NCBI GenBank assembly: GCA_964447495.1
Contig: CAYUTF010000001.1
Coordinates: 64,870 to 128,869 of the forward strand
Reading direction: 5' to 3'
DNA: 64,000 nucleotides
DNA from: an uncultured archaeon
GTDB taxonomy: Archaea > Asgardarchaeota > Lokiarchaeia > Sigyniarchaeales > SOKP01
A program made the position numbers and the translations under genes. The first letter of the stretch is position 1. Every line of letters begins with the position of its first letter. The notes under the pieces were generated by a model. That model did not search any database. It saw only the letters and a list, made by a program, of their open reading frames with translations, and was not told where the DNA came from. Below, piece after piece: positions 29,977 through 39,993 of this stretch.

Positions 29977-30480
29977 TTAGTTTGTTGGTTCAGCTTTAGG
30001 CTCAGGCGTAGATTTAGGTTTCGGTGCTTTTTGTTCTGTAGACCATTGATATTCCTTTGGTCCTACGAAAAGCAGTAAAACCGCAGGAAGTAAGATTGCT
30101 AAACCGCCCCAACCGTACCAACCAAAAAGTTCAAAAATTATACCCCAGATTAACATCCAAGGAAGCTTAAATGATCCCAATGGTAAGTACCAGCCATATA
30201 GAGCGTCCCAATCTTTATTGGCGCATTTATTGGAAAATTTAGGTCTAATTATAACAAAACTTACCAAGATCAAAATTATACCGCCAATTATTTGCCAGAT
30301 ATCATAAAATGAAACTGAATAGTAGAGGTACCCATATGGATAAAAAGAAATCCAATACAATGTAGTAGCAATACCAGCAATGCCAAAAATTACAGCTAAA
30401 ATTCCATTTACAAGTCCTAATATCCAAGCCCATTTTCCAATTTTTGATACCAAAGATGCGTGTTGCCATTCTTCACTCAT
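29977..30480 (-). CDS. Membrane protein (4 TM) with P/K-rich C-terminal tail
   Basis: 167-aa ORF, Trp/Gly-rich helices and a KAPKPKSTPEPKAEPTN tail. Confidence 0.55.
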   Translation of the reverse strand: MSEEWQHASLVSKIGKWAWILGLVNGILAVIFGIAGIATTLYWISFYPYGYLYYSVSFYDIWQIIGGIILILVSFVIIRPKFSNKCANKDWDALYGWYLPLGSFKLPWMLIWGIIFELFGWYGWGGLAILLPAVLLLFVGPKEYQWSTEQKAPKPKSTPEPKAEPTN

Positions 30481-30673
30481 AAGATTATTACCTCAATGCT
30501 TAAAAAAGTTTAGATTAAGAAATTAATTAAAATAAATAAACTTTATGTCATAAATATTAAAATTTACATTCTTTAAGTTAAATTTAATTCTATAACAATA
30601 TCTCAAATAACACTATTGAGATATATAACATAAACAGTATATAAGCTACATAAAAAGAATATAAAATTATTTC

Positions 30674-32155
30674 TTAAGCTTTAGATTCTTCTGGTGAGAG
30701 AATTTCGCCCACATAATACAATCCTACCAGGTTTCCTCTACGCTGAAATTTTCTAGAAACCAATAGGATAATGACATGCTCATTTTCATCTAAGTTTCCA
30801 GTTTCAACACCATATTTAACAGACTCTTCGATTAAACTTTCAGCGTCAATTTGAAAGAAATCAATATTCTCGATATGTATGGGTTGTACTCCTCTAATTA
30901 AGTGCAATTCTCGAGCTGTTCTTTTAAAGGGAGTCATCGCTATAATCGGTAATGGAGGGCGGAATTTTGAGATCATTCGTGCACCATATCCTCTTCGGGT
31001 AATGACTAAAATTTTCCCTCGAAAATTGAGTTCTTCCATTTCTTTTGCTAATGAATGGATTGCATGACCTAACGTTTGAGTGTGGGTTAATCTATCAGAA
31101 TCATAATCATCAGGATGCCTTAAAGGAGCATTTTGACTGGCTGTAGAAGCTATTTTATTCATATATTCCACCGAATTAATTGGATATTTACCTACGGCAG
31201 TTTCTGCAGAAAGCATAACAGCATCGGTTCCATCTATGACCGCATTAAAAATGTCGTTTGCTTCTGCCCTTGTAGGAACGGGAGTATTGGTCATAGATTC
31301 AAGCATTTGAGTTGCAACAATAACGGGCTTTCCTTCTTTATTGCATTTATAAATAAGTTGTTTTTGCACAATTGGAACTTGATCTGGAGAAATTTCAACA
31401 CCAAGATCTCCTCTTGCTATCATTATTCCATCTGACACTTCAAGAATCTGGTCGAAATTATCAAGGGCTATGGGGCGTTCAATTTTAGCTATCAATTTGA
31501 TTTCATTGTTTCCATAATTCTCCAGAAGCTTTTTAACTGTAAGCACATCGTCCCCACTAGATACAAATGATATCGCAACATATTCTGGATTTAAGTCTGC
31601 AATAAATTCAAGGTCCTTTATATCTTTCTCTGTAGGAACTTTCTGTTCTAAATCACCAGAGGGGATATTAACTCCTTTATTATTGCTGATTAACCCTCCT
31701 GCAATTATCTCTCCGACAAGATGATCTCTTTCCCTACTTTTAACTTTAATCTTTATTATTCCATCATTCACATAAAAATAATCATCTTTCTTCATTGATT
31801 TCAAAAAGCCTGGTAATGGAATGGCAAATTGTGTATCATCTCCACCATCTTCCAGTTCATTTTCAAATATTTTTACTGTTTGTCCAACGTTCAAAATATA
31901 TGCTTGATCGTCTTTAAACTTCCCAACTCTAATTTTAGGACCTTGGATATCTGCTAGTATCCCTACATAATTGTCAGTTTCACGGATTTTCTCAACTAAT
32001 TCCCCTTTTTCTTCATGAGTACCGTGAGAAAAGTTCAATCTAAATACATCGACTCCAGCATCTATTAACTTTCTGAGTACTGATTTCGAATCTGAAGCGG
32101 GACCTAAGGTGGCAATTATCTTAATTGGATTTTCATTAAACGGCATTATAATCAT
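30674..32155 (-). CDS. pyk: Pyruvate kinase
   Basis: 493 aa. IIATLGPAS, FRLNFSHG, DIQGPKIR, MIARGDLGVE and ATQMLESM. Confidence 0.93.
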   Translation of the reverse strand: MIIMPFNENPIKIIATLGPASDSKSVLRKLIDAGVDVFRLNFSHGTHEEKGELVEKIRETDNYVGILADIQGPKIRVGKFKDDQAYILNVGQTVKIFENELEDGGDDTQFAIPLPGFLKSMKKDDYFYVNDGIIKIKVKSRERDHLVGEIIAGGLISNNKGVNIPSGDLEQKVPTEKDIKDLEFIADLNPEYVAISFVSSGDDVLTVKKLLENYGNNEIKLIAKIERPIALDNFDQILEVSDGIMIARGDLGVEISPDQVPIVQKQLIYKCNKEGKPVIVATQMLESMTNTPVPTRAEANDIFNAVIDGTDAVMLSAETAVGKYPINSVEYMNKIASTASQNAPLRHPDDYDSDRLTHTQTLGHAIHSLAKEMEELNFRGKILVITRRGYGARMISKFRPPLPIIAMTPFKRTARELHLIRGVQPIHIENIDFFQIDAESLIEESVKYGVETGNLDENEHVIILLVSRKFQRRGNLVGLYYVGEILSPEESKA

Positions 32156-32237
32156 CTATCTAGTTTTTGTTTTTCTTTTCAAAAAAAAAAATTACAATAA
32201 TATACTATCTTCTACTTCATTAATTACTTTTTTTGTA

Positions 32238-32729
32238 CTATTTTATGAAATTATTTAGTATCTCAATAAAATTTGATCTTAGTTTCTTTAGTAATTCTTT
32301 TGTCTCATTGATCCCAGTAAATTCATCAAGCTCTATAAGTAAAATCAAGCTCACTCTAAAATGTTTGGGATGAATAGAAAATTGAAGGATTCTAATGTTT
32401 TTCTGTTCTTGAATTATTTTTTTAGCTATTTTTACTAGTAAATCAGAACTCTGAGTTGCAAGCAAAATTGCTAGATAATATTTATTACGTTTTTGCTTTT
32501 TTTTCTCTTTGGTAATAATAAGAAAAAAATTTTTGAACTCGTCTTTTAGTTGATAAATATTCTTGATTTTTTGGATAATAATATTACCATTAAGTCGTTC
32601 GGATATTGAAGGATATTTATACTTTAATTTAGTCCCTTTGGGTATTAATTCTTTTTTAATTATCTCTGAAATATTCATCTTTTTGTTTCCTTTTATTGTA
32701 ATTATTAATACAAATCTTTTATAATCCAC
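32238..32729 (-). CDS. Hypothetical protein (possibly ACT-like C-terminal domain)
   Basis: 163-aa ORF. The first ATG overlaps the aor 3' end by 25 nt, so the Met at 32678 (MNISEIIKK) may be the real start. Confidence 0.4.
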   Translation of the reverse strand: MDYKRFVLIITIKGNKKMNISEIIKKELIPKGTKLKYKYPSISERLNGNIIIQKIKNIYQLKDEFKNFFLIITKEKKKQKRNKYYLAILLATQSSDLLVKIAKKIIQEQKNIRILQFSIHPKHFRVSLILLIELDEFTGINETKELLKKLRSNFIEILNNFIK

Positions 32730-34681
32730 TCCAGATCAAGCTTTTGTAAAGTCTTTTTTAATGGGTAGCCATTTTCTGGATTCCATCCCATTTCTTGGCA
32801 GTAGATCTTATAAAATTCTCTATAATCTACGGTTATTCCTTTATTCGGACCTTTAATATCAGGTGGTACTCCCACTACTCTTCCATGTAATTCATTATCA
32901 CAAATATTTATTCCCTCCCTTATATTGAAAGCTTGTCTGAGGGTTTGAATTCGCAATCCAGATGTTATCAATTCTTCGATATCAACATTCCATCCTGTAA
33001 ACGAGTTAATTAAATCAATAAGGGGATATGCCCCAAATTGAGGGGAAAAAGCACATAATCCCAAACAACTAATTATTTGATGAATGGCAGTGACTTTTTT
33101 TTGTGCTTTCTGCTTTCTCTTGGCACTTTTCTTCCATCTTATAGGGAATTTTAATTCACTAATAAATGATTTCATATTACCTATATCAAAAAAATCGATA
33201 CTTGCTGTTGTATGTCGTCCAGGAGTAGGATCATAAGCATAAGAAAAAGCTAAGGATTGCATCATTCTCGGATTATGCATAGGTAATTCAGAGCCTAATG
33301 ATGTTATAGCATATCTTTCACTTCCTTTACCAATTTTTTGAGATGCTATTCTACAACCATCAGCTAATATATCACCAATACCTTCTCTATTGATTATCTT
33401 TTTTGTTAAAGCAACAATCGATTCTGAATTACCCCATGTTAATTCTAATCCATCTGTATCACCTTTAGTTAGTAATCCGTTTTCAAAACATTCTATAGCA
33501 AAACCAATAGTCGCACCAGTAGAAATGGTGTCAATTGCTGCTCGATTACAAAGATCATTAATTTTAAAAATTGATAATAAATCATCATTTAATAAAAAAG
33601 GACCAAAAGAAGCACAAGTTTCATATTCAGGCAGATGCATCTCCTCGATTCCTAACTCAGGTATTTTTAAAACTGCACCACATTGAATTGGACAACTAAA
33701 ACATCCATAATCTCTAACTTTATATTTAATAATATTGGTTGATGAAATTTTTATTGATTTTTCGAATGGAAAATCGTACATTCCAATACCGTTCCAATTT
33801 TTTATAGGAGTATCCCCATTTTCTGCTGCAATAGTATTTCCCGCAATAGTTCCAAGATGTCTATATACAGATCTGATGATGCTCGAAGGCCCTGACATTC
33901 CAACTTTAAGTCTTCTCAGTGTTTTAGCCATATTGGGTAATTGAAATAGAATGAATTTCATTGCTATTCCTGGATCTTTTATTTCAGCATTTTTATTGTA
34001 CTTTTTTACATGGTTCATAAATTCTGTTTTATTATGCATTTGAAGTTTCTTTTTTCCCACTAGAATTAGTGATTTCAGCTTTTTTGAACCCATAATAGCA
34101 CCTAAACCGGATCTTGCTGCAATTCGTCCCTTATCATTGGCAATTCCTGATATTTTAGATACATTTTCACCTGCCCTCCCAATTGATGCGATTTTAATAT
34201 TGGCTCCGAAATCCTTTTTTAATTTCTCTTCTGCTTTGATAATATCAATCCCCCAATACTTATCAGCATCTAAAATTTGGTGTTCATTTTCTCTAATTAA
34301 AATTATTTTTGGAGATACCGATTTTCCTTTTATTAAAATCCCATCATATCCACATCTTTTAATAGCGGGTCCGAAAGTTCCCCCAGCATTTGCATCCCCC
34401 CAGGTATTGGTTAATGGAGATTTGCCTACGACCATGTATCTACCGGTAAGTGGTGCTACTGTACCTGTTAAAAGACCTGGGAAAAAGCCTAATATTGAGT
34501 CTACTCCAAGAGGATCTGTGTTAGGAGGCATATTTTCATATATTAATTTGCATCCTAAGCCATAACCACCAATATATGCCTTATAATCTTTTTCGGGAAT
34601 GATTTGCTCTTTAAAAATTTCATTTGACAAATCTATCCACAATACTTTACCAAAAAGCCCTGAATTCATATCAAAAGTCAA
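32705..34681 (-). CDS. aor: Aldehyde:ferredoxin oxidoreductase family (tungstopterin) enzyme
   Basis: 658 aa. AOR N-terminal domain (GKVLWIDLS...GGYGLG), the 4Fe-4S ligand region DYGCFSCPIQCG and AOR-family length. Confidence 0.9.
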   Translation of the reverse strand: MTFDMNSGLFGKVLWIDLSNEIFKEQIIPEKDYKAYIGGYGLGCKLIYENMPPNTDPLGVDSILGFFPGLLTGTVAPLTGRYMVVGKSPLTNTWGDANAGGTFGPAIKRCGYDGILIKGKSVSPKIILIRENEHQILDADKYWGIDIIKAEEKLKKDFGANIKIASIGRAGENVSKISGIANDKGRIAARSGLGAIMGSKKLKSLILVGKKKLQMHNKTEFMNHVKKYNKNAEIKDPGIAMKFILFQLPNMAKTLRRLKVGMSGPSSIIRSVYRHLGTIAGNTIAAENGDTPIKNWNGIGMYDFPFEKSIKISSTNIIKYKVRDYGCFSCPIQCGAVLKIPELGIEEMHLPEYETCASFGPFLLNDDLLSIFKINDLCNRAAIDTISTGATIGFAIECFENGLLTKGDTDGLELTWGNSESIVALTKKIINREGIGDILADGCRIASQKIGKGSERYAITSLGSELPMHNPRMMQSLAFSYAYDPTPGRHTTASIDFFDIGNMKSFISELKFPIRWKKSAKRKQKAQKKVTAIHQIISCLGLCAFSPQFGAYPLIDLINSFTGWNVDIEELITSGLRIQTLRQAFNIREGINICDNELHGRVVGVPPDIKGPNKGITVDYREFYKIYCQEMGWNPENGYPLKKTLQKLDLEWIIKDLY

Positions 34682-35061
34682 AAAATTTCTTTAGTAATAA
34701 TTAGTTTCTATTCTATAAGATGAAAATGTAGAATATAATTATTTAAATTTCATTATTCTTTAATTTTTGTTTTAAATAAATATTTTTAATAGAGACTACT
34801 CCGTTTGCATAAAAGTCGTAGCCTAATAGAAATTCTGACAGATTAGAGCCACATTATTACGTCTCTTATTATTAGATATCGAAACCTATAAATATGTCGT
34901 TTTTTAGTAGTATAATGGCTGCAAAAAGTACGGAAAAACATTGTCTAATATCGCTTTCATATAACTTTTTGATGAATTAAGGAAAACTTCAATAGGTTTA
35001 AGAGCGTATCTAACTACTGATTATTTTTATTAAATTTATCATTATTTACAAGAGGAGATTT

Positions 35062-35277
35062 ATGGAAGTAGTACCTGCCTTAAAAGGAAAAGAGTTATCA
35101 GTTAATTTATTCATAGATTGGGATAAATATAAGAACAGATTCTATAATAATTTATATTTGGAAGATTTTAAAATTGTAATTAAAATGCCTCTAATTCATG
35201 AAAAAAAATTAGGAATGGATATAAAGATTAAGAAGTTTGACTTAACAAAGTATACTTATTTAATATCATATGAATAA
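35062..35277 (+). CDS. Hypothetical small protein
   Basis: 71-aa ORF preceded by GAGGAG 5 nt upstream of the ATG. No motifs recognised. Confidence 0.3.
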   Translation: MEVVPALKGKELSVNLFIDWDKYKNRFYNNLYLEDFKIVIKMPLIHEKKLGMDIKIKKFDLTKYTYLISYE

Positions 35278-35285
35278 GTTTCTAA

Positions 35286-35414
35286 TCATTTGTTTTTCTC
35301 GCTATTTATCTCCAATTTATTCCAACAGGTAAAACAAATATATTTTCCTGCTTCTAAATTTACAAGATCTTTAACAGAGCGAATCATTCCACATTTTACA
35401 CATTTTCTTTTCAT
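35286..35414 (-). CDS. Candidate 42-aa zinc-ribbon mini-protein
   Basis: Not in the ORF track. Translates to MKRKCVKCGMIRSVKDLVNLEAGKYICFTCWNKLEINSEKNK, with two CxxC pairs spaced 18 residues apart. Confidence 0.4.
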   Translation of the reverse strand: MKRKCVKCGMIRSVKDLVNLEAGKYICFTCWNKLEINSEKNK

Positions 35415-35476
35415 TTTTTGAGTACTTTCCTAATATATGTCAAAATTTAATGAAAAATGAAATTATATATCTTAGT

Positions 35477-36886
35477 TTATCCAAAATTAATTTTTTCGTA
35501 TTTTTTTGGATTTAATATTTTAATGTCAAAATCTTTTAATAAGGTTTCAAAAAAGTGGGGATTCTCTGTATGAATCGGGATTAGAATCTTGGGATTTACC
35601 TCAACAATAAAATTATAGAGATCATGTGGCATTGCATGACCTGATGCATGAATTTGGTAAGAAGGTATTCCAAATTGCATTAGTTTTCTACTTATAGAAT
35701 TGTTATTGTCTATATATTCTTCCGTATATGGGTCCAAGTGTGAGGAAATGAAAACTCCGTTGAATTTTGTAAAGAGCTGTTTAATCAAACTCATTGGCAA
35801 TCTTGTTACATATAGTATGAATTTTCCATTTAACCTATTAATGTCCTGAGTTTTAAGAATTCTTTTTCCCTTTCCTGCTTTATATAGGTGAGTCCGAATT
35901 TTTTCTTGCCATTTAAATCTTACATCACCATCCGCTATGATGAGAATATGATCATCATCGACTATGTTTGGATGAGTCATTGTAGCATATAATTTATCTT
36001 TGTTCATCAAATAATAAAAATAGGCATCTTTTTCTGTAATGATATAATTCCAACCATTCTTCTTTGCTATTACTGAATAAGTTCTAAATCTATCCCAATC
36101 TAATCTGTCGTATTTTACTAAGGCATAGTCGAAAGACATTTCTTTTAGCAATTGTTTCAAATGTTTTTTTACTTTATTCTCAGATTCCATTCGTCCTTGA
36201 TGAACATGGGTTCCTTCACAAATTAGGGTTTTAACTTCAGATTTCTTAATTTCTTTTAAAAAATCATAAGTCATCCATGATAATGGTCCGTGCATACGAA
36301 AATCCCCGGTATATACCATATTTCCTGCAGAAGTTTTAATGATAAATCCATATGATGCAGGAATTGAATGATCAACATGAAATGGTATTATTTCTAAACC
36401 ATTTATATTGATAATGTCTCCAGTTCGGAATAAATTCCACTTGAGTCCCGTATAATTATTGATATTTGATCTTTTTGTGCATTTATAGTAAGCTGAAATA
36501 ATTTTCTTTGTAAAAACTCCTGTATAAATTGGAATATCTCTGTTAAGAAAGGAAAGGCCTAAAAAATGATCTCTATGTGGATGCGAAATTAAAATTCCAT
36601 CTATATTTGAGGATTTTTCTGACTTTTTGTTTTTAATTTTAATTGAATTTCTTTGATATAAGTTTATATAACCTAATTCTGCTTCATCTGGCATTAAACC
36701 TAACTTAATAAGTTCATCAACTGATTGAGGAGTTTGAGAATATTCATAATACTCATTATAACGTTTAATATTAATGCCAAAATCAATAAACAGTTTGACA
36801 TTATATAAATGATCTTCTAGTAATACCGAATTTCCACCGATTTCCCTTATTCCCCCACAAAAGGTTAAATCAACTTTAGTTGGCAA
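35477..36886 (-). CDS. Metallo-beta-lactamase/beta-CASP ribonuclease (RNase J-like)
   Basis: 469 aa. MBL motif ISHPHRDHFLG, later D/H motifs (FHVDHS, YTGDF) and a C-terminal HASGH motif as in RNase J. Confidence 0.78.
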   Translation of the reverse strand: MPTKVDLTFCGGIREIGGNSVLLEDHLYNVKLFIDFGINIKRYNEYYEYSQTPQSVDELIKLGLMPDEAELGYINLYQRNSIKIKNKKSEKSSNIDGILISHPHRDHFLGLSFLNRDIPIYTGVFTKKIISAYYKCTKRSNINNYTGLKWNLFRTGDIININGLEIIPFHVDHSIPASYGFIIKTSAGNMVYTGDFRMHGPLSWMTYDFLKEIKKSEVKTLICEGTHVHQGRMESENKVKKHLKQLLKEMSFDYALVKYDRLDWDRFRTYSVIAKKNGWNYIITEKDAYFYYLMNKDKLYATMTHPNIVDDDHILIIADGDVRFKWQEKIRTHLYKAGKGKRILKTQDINRLNGKFILYVTRLPMSLIKQLFTKFNGVFISSHLDPYTEEYIDNNNSISRKLMQFGIPSYQIHASGHAMPHDLYNFIVEVNPKILIPIHTENPHFFETLLKDFDIKILNPKKYEKINFG

Positions 36887-37082
36887 ATATTTTCAGATTT
36901 TAAGCTAGGATTCTTATAATTAGGTTATAACTAAACAATAATATTATAAGCTAAAATAATAAAAATTTAAGCAAAGTGGCAAATTTTTTTAAAATTTACT
37001 TATAAGAAGATACAGTCTCCTAATTTGTAAAAAAGAATCAATAAAAATTCTTTACTATCCTTTATGATTTATAGGAAAATTG

Positions 37083-37231
37083 CTCCTTATCATAATTAAT
37101 CTGATTAAGATTAATAAAAAGGATAAGGAGAAAGGCTCCGTAATTTGAGCTAAATTTTAAAAGGGATAGAGAGAATTATACGTTAATATAAACGTATAAT
37201 AGAGGGCGAAATCCAATGTTAAGCTCAAATT
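37083..37231. repeat. Cluster of perfect inverted repeats (hairpin plus nested stem-in-stem); candidate structured RNA or protein-binding element
   Basis: Hairpin 1 pairs CTCCTTATC (37083-91) with GATAAGGAG (37122-30), plus inner ATTAATC/GATTAAT. The outer stem pairs AATTTGAGCT (37142-51) with AGCTCAAATT (37222-31). It encloses the hairpin ATTATACGTT (37175-84), loop AATATA, AACGTATAAT (37191-200). Confidence 0.4.
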
Positions 37232-37560
37232 TTGGAATCCTTCAGTGTTACTAAATATACTATTTTCAAATTATTTAATAATTATATGGTCCGATTTTAA
37301 TTTGTAGCACTAACACGCAAATCGAAAAATAAACCGACAAAAACTAGTATGTAATGAATGGATTTTTTGTTTTTAATTTATAAAGTAGGGCATTAGCAAA
37401 TATAGGATTGTCATCCAATGAAAGCAGTTCAAATTAGGAAAGGAACATTATTTTTTATTAATTGAGAGTCGCAAGATTTTATTTTTTAAAGTTCATACTA
37501 TCAATTCTTCAATAAAATATAAAGCAAACATACATAATTGGTTTTTGAGATAATTATACC

Positions 37561-38166
37561 GTGATTAAGATGTTTGAAAAAGAAATGGTTATGAATGGTT
37601 ATAATACAATTGCAAATGACTATTATACTCATAGAGATTTAAACAAATTTAATGAAGAATTGGAGAAAATTTCTACTCTGCTTCCTGGAGGAGGCCGAGT
37701 ATTAGACGTCGGATGCGGGGCGGGAATTCCTACTGCTAAATATTTGATTAAAAAAGGTTTAAAAGTAACAGGAATCGATATTTCAGATAAAATGTTAGAA
37801 ATGGCAAAAAAAAACGTACCTGAGGGGGAATTCATTAATAAAGATATGTTGCACATTGATTTTAGTGATAATAGCTTTGACGGAATTATATCAGTTTATG
37901 CTCTTTTCCATGTTCCAAAAGAAGAGCATCTTAAAGTTTTTCAATCCTTTTATAGAATACTAAAACCGAATGGAATATTGTTAATTAATACCGGAATTTC
38001 CGAATCTGAGGGAGTAAGTAACTTTTTTGGAGTGCCAATGTTTTGGAGTAATAACACACCAGAAAAAACATTGGATTATATTAAAGAATCTAACTTTTCA
38101 ATTATTTTCGATGGAGTCTTAAGAAGAGGAGGAGAATATCAATATTGGATCATTGCGAAGAAATAA
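37561..38166 (+). CDS. Class I SAM-dependent methyltransferase
   Basis: 201 aa. Motif I VLDVGCGAGIPT, acidic motif II GIDISD and LKPNGILL. Confidence 0.85.
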   Translation: MIKMFEKEMVMNGYNTIANDYYTHRDLNKFNEELEKISTLLPGGGRVLDVGCGAGIPTAKYLIKKGLKVTGIDISDKMLEMAKKNVPEGEFINKDMLHIDFSDNSFDGIISVYALFHVPKEEHLKVFQSFYRILKPNGILLINTGISESEGVSNFFGVPMFWSNNTPEKTLDYIKESNFSIIFDGVLRRGGEYQYWIIAKK

Positions 38167-38250
38167 CCTCACTTAGATATTTTTTCTTTTGAAGATTAGG
38201 TTTTTAATCCAAAAAATAAAAAGAAATATTATTTCATTTAGAGTTATAAA

Positions 38251-39030
38251 TTAATCTCTAAAGCCATAATAAGCGTTAATGAAGAGCAATAACATTTCGC
38301 GGAGTGAAAGTTCAAACAGTCCAAATAAAGGAAGAGTATAATCTAGGTTAAAAGTATAGAACATTAGTCCGGTTGTTACCGCAGCAAATGTTAGGATTGA
38401 TATTAAATTTCTCCAGGATTTTTTCCATAAGCTTGGTTTCCTTGTTTCAATTTTTTCAAGGATTTCATACTTAGATAGTGATTGATAATCAGGTATTAAC
38501 TCTATCTTCTTTTTCATCTTTTTCTTCTGTCTAGAAAGGCCAATTGACCTAAAAAGCGTACCAATAAAGAAAACGATGACAAGTACTAAAATATCCAGTA
38601 TCGTGTTTGTTACTTCAAATGGAACTTTCGGACCATAAAAATTTATAATAACAGTGGCAATTAACAATACAACTAATAAAAATCTAACTGAATATTTTGG
38701 TAGGTAAAGTGGTTTCTTTTCTTTTTTTGTTTCTTCAGCATATTTTTCTGGATTTCGAATTTCTTTAATAAGTTTTATCTTATCTTCCCCAGTTTTTCTT
38801 GCTTCAAAATAAAAGGCAACCAAGAAAAAAATGGAGTTTGTTATCATGCTTGGTATTTCTTGGTTAGTGAGTAAATAATTAAAGGGAAATGCAACGACCA
38901 TTATGGTTATAATCGCTCTTACTGTCCCACGCGGAAAACCGAGAGGAAATTCTTCAATCTTGCCATCCTTACTAAATCTTCTAAATATACACCAAATAAT
39001 TATGATTGTACCTAAAATCCAAGTTATCAT
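38251..39030 (-). CDS. Membrane protein of unknown function
   Basis: 259-aa ORF with about 6 TM helices and K/E-rich loops. Confidence 0.55.
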   Translation of the reverse strand: MITWILGTIIIIWCIFRRFSKDGKIEEFPLGFPRGTVRAIITIMVVAFPFNYLLTNQEIPSMITNSIFFLVAFYFEARKTGEDKIKLIKEIRNPEKYAEETKKEKKPLYLPKYSVRFLLVVLLIATVIINFYGPKVPFEVTNTILDILVLVIVFFIGTLFRSIGLSRQKKKMKKKIELIPDYQSLSKYEILEKIETRKPSLWKKSWRNLISILTFAAVTTGLMFYTFNLDYTLPLFGLFELSLREMLLLFINAYYGFRD

Positions 39031-39146
39031 TTTTGTGATTGAATATTCTAATTAGGATTATCAATAATATGAAACTTAACATTGATAAATTTAATCTTCG
39101 TTTCAAATTATTAGATTAAGATAGAATTAAGATTTAGGATAGAAAT

Positions 39147-39962
39147 TTAAGATTTTGAAAAGCCGCCATGGTGAAATTCAATCTTATAACTTAAATCATA
39201 TTCTTCGCAATAATCCTTAATATCTGCTTCTATTAAATCCCACCTTGACCGATCAATTCTCAATTCTTTATAAATTGGCAATAAATCGGGAAAATGTTTC
39301 CTAATTATGTTTAATATTCGAGGAATATTATGAGGACGAAAATTCAGATTTTCAAACATATAATCTTTTGTATATGCCATTGATTCTTGTATTATGTCTC
39401 TGAAATTAGTAATTCCTGGAAAAAAGGGAGATATGAAAATATAGGACCTTATTCTATGTTCGTATAATTGTTTTATTGCATTCAATCTTTCATGAGGTCT
39501 TGAAGCGCCAGGTTCTAATAATTTAGCGACATCTTTGTTTAGTGTACTAATGGATATGCCTACTTCAATATTTTCAAATTGCTTAAATAGATCAATGTCT
39601 CTGACAACGAATTTTGACTTTGTGAGAATGGTTATTTGAGCTTTTGTCCCAACAAGACTTTCCAGAATCCTTCTAGTATTTTGATATTTTAATTCTAAAG
39701 GAACATAAGGATCAGTTACAGAGCTAAGCAATATCTTTTTCCCATTATATTTACTAGGTTTAATCTTGTTTAGGTCGAATTTCTTGACATCTAAAAAGGT
39801 TCCCCATTTATCACCTTTATGATTGGTGAACCGAATCATAAATTCAGCATAACAATAAATACACCCATGCTGGCACCCAACATACGGGTTTATAACATAA
39901 TCTATATCTGGAATATTACTTTGAACTATTAAGCTTTTAGCTTCTCTAGATTCAACTTTCAT
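39147..39962 (-). CDS. Radical SAM protein (COG1533 / SplB-like family)
   Basis: 271 aa. NPYVGCQHGCIYCYA carries the CxxxCxxC cluster motif in the context typical of the spore-photoproduct-lyase-like family. Confidence 0.82.
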   Translation of the reverse strand: MKVESREAKSLIVQSNIPDIDYVINPYVGCQHGCIYCYAEFMIRFTNHKGDKWGTFLDVKKFDLNKIKPSKYNGKKILLSSVTDPYVPLELKYQNTRRILESLVGTKAQITILTKSKFVVRDIDLFKQFENIEVGISISTLNKDVAKLLEPGASRPHERLNAIKQLYEHRIRSYIFISPFFPGITNFRDIIQESMAYTKDYMFENLNFRPHNIPRILNIIRKHFPDLLPIYKELRIDRSRWDLIEADIKDYCEEYDLSYKIEFHHGGFSKS

Positions 39963-39993
39963 AAGGATATTTTTACATAGATATTGATCAAGA

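Noticed and set aside
28205-34565. Other long shadow ORFs: 27048-27239, 27431-27631, 28205-28654, 30879-31067, 31133-31435, 33390-33686, 33735-33944 and 34137-34565.
   Set aside because: They are antisense to or overlap the SRPBCC, AKR, pyk and aor genes and have no recognisable domains. 27431-27631 also overlaps the AKR start region and is purely hydrophobic, low-complexity sequence.
34970-35020. Possible box C/D sRNA: TGATGA (34970-75), a 12-nt spacer, TTCA, TAAGAG, a 12-nt spacer, then CTGA (35017-20). The complement of the D-box guide shares an 8-nt run (TTAGATAC) with the universal 16S GGATTAGATACCC region.
   Set aside because: The spacing fits archaeal C/D architecture, but the internal D' and C' boxes are badly degenerate, there is no convincing terminal stem, the residue before the C box is not a purine, and TGATGA/CTGA pairs and an 8-mer rRNA match are expected by chance in 64 kb of AT-rich DNA. 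It is worth a snoscan/Infernal check but is not reportable as a feature.
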